Shown here: positions 7,984 through 16,011 of the stretch, piece after piece
Layout of the letters: each line of letters opens with the position of its first letter
Numbering within the stretch: position 1 is the stretch's first letter
Assembly: GCA_964579435.1 (NCBI GenBank)
Contig: CAZOGI010000001.1
Coordinates: 157,907-221,906 of the forward strand
Origin: an uncultured Planctomycetales bacterium
GTDB taxonomy: Bacteria > Omnitrophota > Gorgyraeia > Gygaellales > Profunditerraquicolaceae
DNA length: 64,000 nucleotides
Direction of reading: 5' to 3'
The notes under the pieces: model-generated
Seen by the model: the letters and a program-made list of their open reading frames with translations, nothing else
Databases searched by the model: none
Told to the model about the DNA's origin: nothing
Translations under genes and position numbers: made by a program

Positions 7984-8818
7984 CGTTTCCCTCCGCAGCC
8001 ACCAGCTCCAACGAAACGATCGCATCGACCCGGAACGTCCGCTCGGCACCGCGCAGCAGGCAATGCCCGCGCACGTACGAAACGCCGTTTTCCTTGAGGA
8101 TCTGCTGCGGCACGATCAAACGTTGGCTGAGCGGGCCGCCGCTTTTCGCCAAGTAGCGAATCGCAAGGCGCGCCCCGTCGTCGATCGCCTCCTGGATGCG
8201 CGAGATCTTTTCCTGTTCGCGGGCAGCCAAAGCGCTGTGGGGAAGCGCACAAAGATCCAGGAACGTATCGGTATCCCTGATGCCTTTTGCCTGCAGCAGA
8301 CCAAGCAGGGCCAGAAAAACACGCGCGGTCAACTCCACATCCGCTCCGGCGCGGTGCGCCTGAGGAATGCCCAGGCCCAGCGCCTGCGCCACCGCCTGCA
8401 GCGAATAGCGCTCCTGTCCCGGCAAGAGCCGGCGCGCCAGCCGCAGGATATCCGCCACTATCATCTCTGCCGGTTCCGCCAACCCTGCCGCTGCAAGCTC
8501 GGCGCGCAAAAACGCCAGGTCAAAACGGGCGTTGTAGGCGCAGACGCAGCTGCCCTGGATAAAGCGCAGAAACTCCGGCAGCACCGCGCGGCAGACGGGC
8601 TTGCCCGCCAGCATTGCGTCGCTGATATGGTTGACCGCGAAGGCGGCCGGCGACACCGGGCGTTGCGGATCGATGAGTGTTTCAAAAACCGCCTCGGTCA
8701 CGTCCCCGCGCAGACGCAGTGCCGCCAACTCGACGATACGGTCTCCCGTCTCCGGATTCAGTCCGGTCGTCTCGGTATCGAATATGGTAAAAACGGTACG
8801 GTCAAGCGCCTGTCCCAT
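7976..8818 (-). CDS. DnaQ-like 3'-5' exonuclease (DEDDh) fused to a C-terminal WYL-like domain
   Basis: Exo I motif FDTETTGL, then YNARFDLAFL and HRAGADVELT. C-terminal LAIRYLAKSGGPLSQRLIVPQQILKENGVSYVRGHCLLRGAERTFRVDAIVSLELV matches the WYL consensus (the ...RtFrldRI.. motif). Confidence 0.6.
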   Translation of the reverse strand: MGQALDRTVFTIFDTETTGLNPETGDRIVELAALRLRGDVTEAVFETLIDPQRPVSPAAFAVNHISDAMLAGKPVCRAVLPEFLRFIQGSCVCAYNARFDLAFLRAELAAAGLAEPAEMIVADILRLARRLLPGQERYSLQAVAQALGLGIPQAHRAGADVELTARVFLALLGLLQAKGIRDTDTFLDLCALPHSALAAREQEKISRIQEAIDDGARLAIRYLAKSGGPLSQRLIVPQQILKENGVSYVRGHCLLRGAERTFRVDAIVSLELVAAEGNDA

Positions 8819-9710
8819 GCCCCGGATACGCTACAAACGCCGGAATTAAACGCAGCGGACGGTACGATCTCTTGACCGCTCGCAGGTTCTCCAGTCCGGA
8901 ATCGTCCATAACGTTGATAAACGGATACGCGCGGAGTTCCGCGCAGAGCTCGCGGAAGATATATTGGGCCGCCCCCTTCAACGCAAGGTCGGTGAATTCA
9001 AAGAGGACGCAGAATGTCCGGGGGCTCAAGGCCACCCCGAAGGTGAAGGCGCAGAGTATGCCGTCGGCCGTCGCCACCCGGCCGATGCCCCCGAGTTTTT
9101 CAAAACCATCCAGGAGCACCCGCAGGCAACTGAAGGTGTCCTCGAGCATGCCCCGGTAAAGCGGATCGCTGCTGCGCTCCCGGCGCTGGCACATCCACCG
9201 CTGAAAGAGGCGTACGCATTCCTGCCGGTCGCTGCCCCGGTACGGCCGGTACTGCGCCCGGCAGTGTTTGACGAAATAATTGTACGCGGCGCGCTTTGAT
9301 TTATAGGCGTTGCCCGTCAGCCGGGCAAGACAGGAGCGATCGCAGACGTACTCCCCGGATTTCTCGCTGCAAGAAAACCCGCCTTCGGCAAACAACGCAC
9401 GTTCCGGAGCTTCGATATTCTCGATCCGGGTAACGCCGCTTTCGCCGTTTATCCGGCGCAGGCGCTCACCCGCAGTACGCGCCGCCACGATCCTCTTGCC
9501 CTTACCCAGCGGTGGCAGAAAGAGGAACGCGCCGACGCGGTCCCGGAAAAACACGCACAGCTGTTCGTCGATGAGCTGCCATTCTATGCGATAGAGCTCT
9601 TGCCAGATAAAAATGGAAGCGAAGGCGTACGCGGACAATTCGTGTTCGCGCTCACCCAGAAACAAAGAAAAAGTCCGACGATGCGCATACTGCAGCTTAT
9701 GCAGGCTCAT
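8802..9710 (-). CDS. DUF2156 domain protein (homolog of the C-terminal aminoacyl-tRNA-dependent transferase domain of MprF/LysX)
   Basis: GNAYKSKRAAYNYF motif plus overall pattern. 302 aa, stand-alone. The family assignment is from memory, not a search. Confidence 0.5.
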   Translation of the reverse strand: MSLHKLQYAHRRTFSLFLGEREHELSAYAFASIFIWQELYRIEWQLIDEQLCVFFRDRVGAFLFLPPLGKGKRIVAARTAGERLRRINGESGVTRIENIEAPERALFAEGGFSCSEKSGEYVCDRSCLARLTGNAYKSKRAAYNYFVKHCRAQYRPYRGSDRQECVRLFQRWMCQRRERSSDPLYRGMLEDTFSCLRVLLDGFEKLGGIGRVATADGILCAFTFGVALSPRTFCVLFEFTDLALKGAAQYIFRELCAELRAYPFINVMDDSGLENLRAVKRSYRPLRLIPAFVAYPGHGTGA

Positions 9711-10203
9711 GCGGGATATCCAGCTCGATAAGCTCCAAAACGTCCTCGTACGCCTGGATGATCTGCGGATTTTCGCTCAGGAGCCTGCGGTAGGCGCGGG
9801 AATTGAGCAGTTCGGTCAGCGAGGAGACATGCGCCTTGAACGCCGGCTGCGCCAGCCGGGAGGCGACATACGGGCAATTCAGGTCGACCGTCAATACCAC
9901 GCGCTTCTTGCGTACATTCAGCAGAAACGGATACAACTGGCATTCAAATGGCCGGGTCGCGTAGACCTTGCATTTGTTCGAAGCGCGCTCAAGGAACGGA
10001 CACCAGAAATATCCCGCGCTCTCGTCGGGCACCAGGACCAGCCGCTTATCCGGCGAGATCGAAACGGCGGGGGCGGCGGCGTCGACAAAGGAGAGGATCT
10101 CCTCCTCCAGCAGACAGGGCGCCCATGCCGAATGCGCCTCCCGGAACCGACAGCATCCCTGGCAGGAAAGGCAGACCTGCGACGGAACGAATTGCGGGAT
10201 CAT
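9697..10203 (-). CDS. YkgJ-family Zn/Fe-S cysteine-cluster protein (UPF0153)
   Basis: CLSCQGCC and CPFL...C...C cysteine spacing. 168 aa. Overlaps both neighbours. Confidence 0.55.
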   Translation of the reverse strand: MIPQFVPSQVCLSCQGCCRFREAHSAWAPCLLEEEILSFVDAAAPAVSISPDKRLVLVPDESAGYFWCPFLERASNKCKVYATRPFECQLYPFLLNVRKKRVVLTVDLNCPYVASRLAQPAFKAHVSSLTELLNSRAYRRLLSENPQIIQAYEDVLELIELDIPHEPA

Positions 10204-10520
10204 TTAACCACGCTGCCGACGGCGACCTTCTTTTCCGGAGTCACGATAACCGGACCGCTCTCACCCGATGCAGCCAGGAGCATCCCCTGGCTTTCGACAC
10301 CTCGCAGCATCGCGGGCTCCAAATTGTCGACCAGCACGACCTGCCTGCCGATCAGGGAGTCCTTGTCATAGGCGTTGCGGATCCCCGCAACGACCTGTTT
10401 GCTGCGGCCGCCGACGTCCAACGTTATAACGTAAAGCCGGTCTGCGTTCGGATGCTCAGTGACCGCGGTAATCTCGGCAATACGCAGCTCAAGCTTTTTA
10501 AAATCATCGATCGTGATCAT
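10200..10520 (-). CDS. tRNA-binding protein (CsaA/Trbp111-like EMAP/OB-fold domain; MetG C-terminal-like)
   Basis: LRIAEITAVTEHPNADRLYVITLDVGG...QVVAGIRNAY, 106 aa. GGAGGGGGT sits upstream of the ATG. Confidence 0.65.
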   Translation of the reverse strand: MITIDDFKKLELRIAEITAVTEHPNADRLYVITLDVGGRSKQVVAGIRNAYDKDSLIGRQVVLVDNLEPAMLRGVESQGMLLAASGESGPVIVTPEKKVAVGSVVK

Positions 10521-10544
10521 ACCCCCTCCGGTGCCCCGCTGCCG

Positions 10545-12068
10545 TTAGAACGTCCATTCCAAAGACAACTCTACCTGGTAAGCCGCATCCGCCTTTGCGT
10601 CTCCCCGCACGAAAGGGGTCAAAAGGCTCCCGTCGACGTCATCGCGCCGCTCCCGGTAAAAATTCCCGGGGATAAAGTAACCGGCAAGCAGGCTTACCAG
10701 GGCGCGTTCGTTCATTTGATAATCGAGCGTCACATCCACTTCATAGCCCAGCTCTGCCGAGAGCGCGCGCGGCTCCCCTTCCCACATGCCGACCCCCCGG
10801 GCAAAACAACGAAGATAGTATCCCTGCACCGTCACCAACACCGCATCGGTGAGGGATACCTCACAGCCCAGAGAAGGCATCAGCAGATTATCGTAATCAG
10901 ACGCCCCGAAGGTCCCGGGACGGGGAACCCCGTAATTGAGACCCCACCCGCTGCCCATTGCCACCAGCGGCTTGGCATCGCAGCTCTCCTGGCCGATGGA
11001 GTCGCCCTGGGCCTGATTGAGCGACGAGAAGACGCTGAACGCCCGGTTTTTGCCGCGGGAGAGTGTCGCATCTTGCGCCAACACTTCCTCCTCGGTAACG
11101 GCGTTGCCGGAACAGACGAGGAATTCCCCGAACGGGACGACCCGTTCTTTCCCGTAGGCTACCCTGCCGTATACCAGATATCCCTGATGCTGAATATCCT
11201 TAAAGGAGGGGTCGCCGCTTTGGGCAACCCCGAAATTGCGGGCGCACTCCGCCTTGAACGCAAAAGGCGCAGCCTCATAGGTCAGGGCAAACCCTGCGGT
11301 GCCGAGGATATCGTGCTTTACCGGCGCGCCCCAGAGCGAATCGCGTTTGCCGGCCGCAGTATAATCGCTTAGTACCCCGCAGTACGGCTGCAGCCACAGC
11401 CGCTCCCTGCGCCAGGAGAGATCAGCTGCCCAGAAGTTGATCGCCCCCGGATGGTAATCAATCCCTTGCTCCTCGTCCTGACGGATACGCGCACCGAGAT
11501 GGTTTTTCAGGTGCGCGTCCGGCCGGCAGTAGTAGAGGTGCCAGGAGAACGGCTCCGCCTCGCGGTACAATTTCACGCCGATGTTCTCATAACTGCCGTT
11601 GAGGCTCATCCCCAGTCCGACGACATAGCTCGTCAGGCCGGCCTGGACCCGGAAACGGTCCCGCCAGGGCACATCCACCCACAACTCCTCCAACTGCGGG
11701 AGAAGCTCATCGTCACGGTACGCCTCGATGCGGCCGCCCGACGTCAAAAGAGCATTGCTTACCCACAGCGGCGCCGAATAATCGAACGGCCCGTTGCGTT
11801 CTATCTTCAGATATGCCCGCAGGCCATCGTCTTTGTGCGTATACCCCAACCCCAGGCTGTAATCAAACCCGATCGACGCGCTGCGGTCATCGGTGTTGCG
11901 ATGATCGAGGTCCACCGTATTCTCGAAAGTCACCGCATCCGTGCGTTGATACAGCTGCAGGGTCACCTCGGCCCGGGGCGTATCCATAACCGTCAAAGCC
12001 TGCGCGCCGCCTCCGCCGGCACACAGCACCCCCGCCAGACCAAAAACAAGAAAAACTGCCCGCCGCAT
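10545..12068 (-). CDS. Putative outer-membrane beta-barrel protein (alginate-export/porin-like)
   Basis: Signal peptide MRRAVFLVFGLAGVLCAGGGGAQA. Alternating aromatic/Gly beta-strand pattern. C-terminal ...LEWTF aromatic terminus. Confidence 0.4.
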   Translation of the reverse strand: MRRAVFLVFGLAGVLCAGGGGAQALTVMDTPRAEVTLQLYQRTDAVTFENTVDLDHRNTDDRSASIGFDYSLGLGYTHKDDGLRAYLKIERNGPFDYSAPLWVSNALLTSGGRIEAYRDDELLPQLEELWVDVPWRDRFRVQAGLTSYVVGLGMSLNGSYENIGVKLYREAEPFSWHLYYCRPDAHLKNHLGARIRQDEEQGIDYHPGAINFWAADLSWRRERLWLQPYCGVLSDYTAAGKRDSLWGAPVKHDILGTAGFALTYEAAPFAFKAECARNFGVAQSGDPSFKDIQHQGYLVYGRVAYGKERVVPFGEFLVCSGNAVTEEEVLAQDATLSRGKNRAFSVFSSLNQAQGDSIGQESCDAKPLVAMGSGWGLNYGVPRPGTFGASDYDNLLMPSLGCEVSLTDAVLVTVQGYYLRCFARGVGMWEGEPRALSAELGYEVDVTLDYQMNERALVSLLAGYFIPGNFYRERRDDVDGSLLTPFVRGDAKADAAYQVELSLEWTF

Positions 12069-12096
12069 ATCAGCCTCCCGTGAACGGGCTGCGTTC

Positions 12097-12468
12097 CTAT
12101 TGCAGATATTTGCGGATAAACCGGAAGAGCTCTTGCCACTGGAACGGCTTTATAAAGTAATCCTTGGCGCCGAAGGCCATCCCCTCCTCGATATACTGGG
12201 TCTGGCCTTTGGCCGTCACCATGATAACCGGGATCTCGTGGGTGGCATCATGGGCCTTGAGCTGCCGCAGGAGCGTCAATCCGTCCGGGTGCGGCATGAG
12301 GATATCCAGGAGGATGAGGTCCGGCCGCTCTTGGACCGCCAGGGCGAGCGCTTCGGAGGAGTTGGTGGCGCAGATCGCCCGGTACCCTTCGCGCTCCAGG
12401 CGTTCCCGCATGAGCGAGACCACCTCTGGTTCGTCGTCGATCACCAGCAGCGTGTACGGTTTCTTCAT
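12097..12468 (-). CDS. Stand-alone response-regulator receiver domain (CheY-like)
   Basis: The internal ATG gives MKKPYTLLVIDDEPEV...LILLDILMP...VIMVTAKG, 123 aa. The start overlaps the stop of the upstream radical SAM gene by 4 nt. Confidence 0.7.
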   Translation of the reverse strand: MKKPYTLLVIDDEPEVVSLMRERLEREGYRAICATNSSEALALAVQERPDLILLDILMPHPDGLTLLRQLKAHDATHEIPVIMVTAKGQTQYIEEGMAFGAKDYFIKPFQWQELFRFIRKYLQ

Positions 12469-13877
12469 CTGCCTCGCAACAGCATCTTGGCCAAACCCCA
12501 GGCTGCCTGCATATTGAGCCTGAACCGGTTGAGACTGCGCATGCGCAGGAACTCCCTGACGATCTTGGACGGACGCAGATAAAAAGAACGGTATGCCCGG
12601 TGCTGCCATGCCAGCAACTCCTCCGGAGTCAACCCCGGGAGACGATGGATCGGCGGCGTATGGATCCCGAAACGGCGGTAATCGCGGGTCAGGATCGCGT
12701 CTTTGCTCAGGAGGAAATCGTACACCTCGCTTCCGGGATAGGGCTTCAGGATATGGAATTTGGCGATGTCCGGATCGAGCTCTTGGGCAAAGGATATCGT
12801 CTGACGGATCGAATCGGGGGTCTCCGCAGGCAACCCGATCATAAAAAACCCCCACAGCTCCAGGCGTAATTCCCGCGCCAGCGCGAACACCTCTTTGAGC
12901 CGGGCGATGTGCGTTCCCTTATGCGCCGCGTCCAGAACCTCCTGGCTGCCGGATTCCACCCCGATAGCCAGACTGTAGGTCCCCATCTCCTTGAGCGCCG
13001 TTAATACCTCGCGCGAAAGAAAATCGGCGCGGATCCCGTTGGGAAAGGCGAAACAGACCTTGAGCTTGCGCCGCTGGATCTCGTCGCGGATGGCGAAGAC
13101 CCGTTGGCGGTCGGTCGTGAAATTGTCGTCCCAGACATGGATCTCGCGGATACCGTAGCGGCGCACCAACTGTTCGATTTCATCGGCAACCCGCAGCGCG
13201 CTGTGCGCCCGGAAGACCCGGCCGCAAACCCGGTGTGACATGCAGTAGCTGCACCGGCCGGGACAGCCGCGGCTGGTCATGATCGGCGCGGTCCGGCGGT
13301 AAAGCGCGTCGGGATACGTGTAGTGGGTGACCGAAAAAAGGTGCCGTGCCGGAAAGGGCAACCGGTCCAGATCCGTCAGAAGCGGACGCGCTTCATTTTC
13401 GACAATACCCCCGGTTTCGTCCTTGTATGAGAGCCCGCGCACGCCGGCATAAGAACCCCCGGCCTTCAGACAATCAACCAGCTCCCGCAGCGTCTCCTCC
13501 CCTTCCCCGCGCACGACCATATCGACCGCCGGATTCCGCAACACCTCCCGCGGCAGGATCGTCGGATGCGTTCCCCCGAAAACGACGCGGGTCTGCGGAC
13601 TGTATCGCTTGACCGCGGCAGCCAGGTCAAACGCGGTAAAGAGCAGCGGGGTCGTGACGGTGCAGCCGAAAAGGTCGAAACGTTCGGCGCGGATCAGCGC
13701 GACAAAATCGTCGAGCGTCAGGCGCTGGGCCTCCATATCCACCACGCGCACCTCTTCCTGCAGGAGCATCGCCGCCAGGTAGGCCAGTCCCATATGCAGC
13801 TGCACCGGGGAGCGCATCGGCCCGTAGATATCGCTGGCGGGGGGATTGACCAGCAGGATGCGTACGTTCTTTTTCAT
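12465..13877 (-). CDS. B12-binding-domain radical SAM protein
   Basis: N-terminal B12-binding-like MKKNVRILLVNPP... Radical SAM MTSRGCPGRCSYCMSH CxxxCxxC-type cluster. ATG at 13875-13877. Confidence 0.7.
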   Translation of the reverse strand: MKKNVRILLVNPPASDIYGPMRSPVQLHMGLAYLAAMLLQEEVRVVDMEAQRLTLDDFVALIRAERFDLFGCTVTTPLLFTAFDLAAAVKRYSPQTRVVFGGTHPTILPREVLRNPAVDMVVRGEGEETLRELVDCLKAGGSYAGVRGLSYKDETGGIVENEARPLLTDLDRLPFPARHLFSVTHYTYPDALYRRTAPIMTSRGCPGRCSYCMSHRVCGRVFRAHSALRVADEIEQLVRRYGIREIHVWDDNFTTDRQRVFAIRDEIQRRKLKVCFAFPNGIRADFLSREVLTALKEMGTYSLAIGVESGSQEVLDAAHKGTHIARLKEVFALARELRLELWGFFMIGLPAETPDSIRQTISFAQELDPDIAKFHILKPYPGSEVYDFLLSKDAILTRDYRRFGIHTPPIHRLPGLTPEELLAWQHRAYRSFYLRPSKIVREFLRMRSLNRFRLNMQAAWGLAKMLLRGR

Positions 13878-13897
13878 CGTGGCAGAGGAGGCGTCGT

Positions 13898-13935
13898 TAA
13901 AAAAAACTCCGCACAAAACGTGCGGAGTTTTTTGT
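13898..13935. terminator. Bidirectional rho-independent terminator
   Basis: Perfect 9-bp stem actccgcac/gtgcggagt with a 5-nt loop, flanked by an A8 run upstream and a T6 run downstream, so it functions on either strand. Lies between the entericidin-like gene and the radical SAM gene. Confidence 0.6.
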
Positions 13936-14014
13936 TCGGCTTGCGTTTACCCCGTAAAACCACAGCGGAATAGGCGTTTCCCGCGCGCGGCGCGGCGCGG
14001 GAAGAAAAACGGAC

Positions 14015-14173
14015 TTACCACAAATGTTCCCGCATCCAGGCGTCGGCCTCCTGCAGATTGACGTTGGTGTTCTCGATGTCCTTCGCGGCACCTTTCATTG
14101 TCTCGCAACCGGCAGACAAAAAGAGGCAGCCGAGCACAAACAAAAGCGCCAACCCTGTTGCCCTTCTTCTCAT
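14015..14173 (-). CDS. Small entericidin-like lipoprotein (EcnA/EcnB family), 52 aa
   Basis: Own translation: MRRRATGLALLFVLGCLFLSAGCETMKGAAKDIENTNVNLQEADAWMREHLW. The lipobox LSAGC followed by ETMKGAAKDIE matches the entericidin pattern. Its ATG overlaps the gltX TGA (ATGA). Below the ORF-track size cutoff. Confidence 0.45.
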   Translation of the reverse strand: MRRRATGLALLFVLGCLFLSAGCETMKGAAKDIENTNVNLQEADAWMREHLW

Positions 14174-15474
14174 ACGCCGCTCCTTTGTATCCATCGTTCG
14201 AGCCGCTCCTCGGTACGCGCCCTTCCCAGACAGGCAATGGTCTCAAACAGGCCCGGGCCAACCGTTTTTCCGGTCAGCACGACCCGCAAAGGATGAACCA
14301 GTTCCCGCGCCTCGATCTTCAGCTCACCCACGAGGCCCCGGAACGTCTCTTCGATCGAAATGGCATCCCAATGCGCCAGTCCGTTGAGGCGCTCGCGCAA
14401 CAGACTCAGCGCTTCGGACCAGTCTCTCTTTAGATACTTCTGCCGCGCCTGCTCCTCGATGGCGTAATCGTCGCGGAAGAAAAAATCGGCACGGCCGGGA
14501 AAATCGGTTAAACGGGTAAGCCGTTCTTTGAATAATTGTACCAAAGAAACCAGATAGTTTCTATCAAATTTATCGGGTGAGAGCAATCCCGCTCCTTCCA
14601 ACAGCGGCAGGAGCATCTCCGCCAGCTGCTGCGGATCAGCGGCGCGGATATACTGGTTGTTCATCCAGTCCAGCTTCTTCATATCGAAAGTCGCGGCGGT
14701 CTTGTTCACGGCACGGATATCGAAGAGGCGAACCGCCTCTTCGGGAACGATGATCTCCCGGTCGTCCTTGGGAGACCAGCTCAAAAGCAAAAGATAGTTG
14801 ACCAGGGCCGCCGCCAGATATCCCATCTGGCGGTATTCCGAGATCGCCGTCGCACCGGTGCGCTTGGAGAGGCGCCCCCCCTCGATACCCATGATCAGCG
14901 GCAGATGCGCAAACGCCGGGAGGTCGAAACCGAGAGCCTCATAGAGGAGCACCTGCTTGGGGGTGTTGGAGATGTGATCGTCTCCCCGGATGACATGGGT
15001 GATCCCCATGAGCGCGTCGTCGACGACACAGGCGAAATTGTAGGTCGGGGTGCCGTCGGACTTGATCAAGACCTGATCCTTGATCACGCCGGAGTCAAAC
15101 GAAATTTCGCCGCGGATCAGGTCTTTGACGACGATCGGGCGCGGGACGACCTTGAAGAAGATCGCCTCGCCTTTGCCTTCGGTCGTCTGAAGATACGCCG
15201 CGCCCTCCCGAAGGAGGCGTTCTGCCTGCTGGCGGTAGAACGCAACGCGCTGGCTCTGGAAAAACAGCTCGTCCCAGGAAAACCCCAGCCACGTCAGGCT
15301 CTGCAGGATCTCGTCGACATACTCCTGTTTGGAGCGCGCCTGGTCCGTATCCTCGATGCGCAGGATAAACGTTCCCTTCTGCGCGCGCGCATAGAGCCAG
15401 TTGAAGAGCGCAGTGCGCGCACCGCCGATATGCAGGAATCCGGTAGGGCTGGGAGCGAACCGAACGCGGGTCAT
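14170..15474 (-). CDS. gltX: Glutamate--tRNA ligase
   Basis: RFAPSPTGFLHIGGARTA (HIGH region), RLSKR (KMSKS-like), 434 aa. Confidence 0.85.
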   Translation of the reverse strand: MTRVRFAPSPTGFLHIGGARTALFNWLYARAQKGTFILRIEDTDQARSKQEYVDEILQSLTWLGFSWDELFFQSQRVAFYRQQAERLLREGAAYLQTTEGKGEAIFFKVVPRPIVVKDLIRGEISFDSGVIKDQVLIKSDGTPTYNFACVVDDALMGITHVIRGDDHISNTPKQVLLYEALGFDLPAFAHLPLIMGIEGGRLSKRTGATAISEYRQMGYLAAALVNYLLLLSWSPKDDREIIVPEEAVRLFDIRAVNKTAATFDMKKLDWMNNQYIRAADPQQLAEMLLPLLEGAGLLSPDKFDRNYLVSLVQLFKERLTRLTDFPGRADFFFRDDYAIEEQARQKYLKRDWSEALSLLRERLNGLAHWDAISIEETFRGLVGELKIEARELVHPLRVVLTGKTVGPGLFETIACLGRARTEERLERWIQRSGV

Positions 15475-15995
15475 GCCTGCGCCGCCTCCCTGCCGCGCTC
15501 AAAGGCGCGGCGGTTCAATTCCAGGAGCCCCCGCTTATCCGCGGGAGCGATCGATTCCATCGCCCGCACGATCGCCGCGGCAGCGACCACCGGCCGGCGC
15601 GCCAGATAATAACCGAGTGCTATCATATTCGCTACCTTGATATCCCCTATCTCCAGTGCCAGATCGGTAAACCGCTCCCCCGTTGCGCCCGGCGCGGCGG
15701 GGATCAACGAGCGGTTCAGGATCAGAAGACCTCCCCGGCAGACGCGACTTCGAAAACGCTCAAACGATGGCCCGTTCATGATGATCCCCGTATCCGCCTG
15801 CTCGATGTAGGGGAACCCGATCTCCCGATCGGAAATAATCGTCATGCAGTAGGCAGTCCCGCCGCGCACCTCCGCCCCGTAGGCGGGCAGCCAGGTCGTC
15901 GCCTTCCCCGTGATCATGGCGGCAGTGGCCAGGACCTTGCCCAGGACCATGATCCCCTGGCCGCCTGACCCGGCAATGATAATCTTTTCCTCCAT
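15471..15995 (-). CDS. 2-oxoacid:ferredoxin oxidoreductase gamma subunit
   Basis: MEEKIIIAGSGGQGIMVLGKVLA... typical Por/Kor gamma. ATGA overlap with gltX. Confidence 0.75.
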   Translation of the reverse strand: MEEKIIIAGSGGQGIMVLGKVLATAAMITGKATTWLPAYGAEVRGGTAYCMTIISDREIGFPYIEQADTGIIMNGPSFERFRSRVCRGGLLILNRSLIPAAPGATGERFTDLALEIGDIKVANMIALGYYLARRPVVAAAAIVRAMESIAPADKRGLLELNRRAFERGREAAQA

Positions 15996-16011
15996 GCATC
16001 TGCTCCTTCGC

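Noticed and set aside
9948-11372. 474-aa plus-strand ORF antisense to the YkgJ, CsaA and OMP genes
   Set aside because: It spans three separately well-supported minus-strand genes, and its translation is compositional junk.
13965-14002. GC-rich hairpin cccgcgc-cgcgccgc-gcgcggg upstream of the terminator
   Set aside because: A stable stem but with the U-run on the wrong side for either strand. It is not called as a terminator, though it may still be a structural or REP-like element.
13947-14261. 104-aa minus-strand ORF overlapping the gltX 3' end
   Set aside because: Different frame from both gltX and the entericidin-like small gene. Cys/Arg-rich junk translation.
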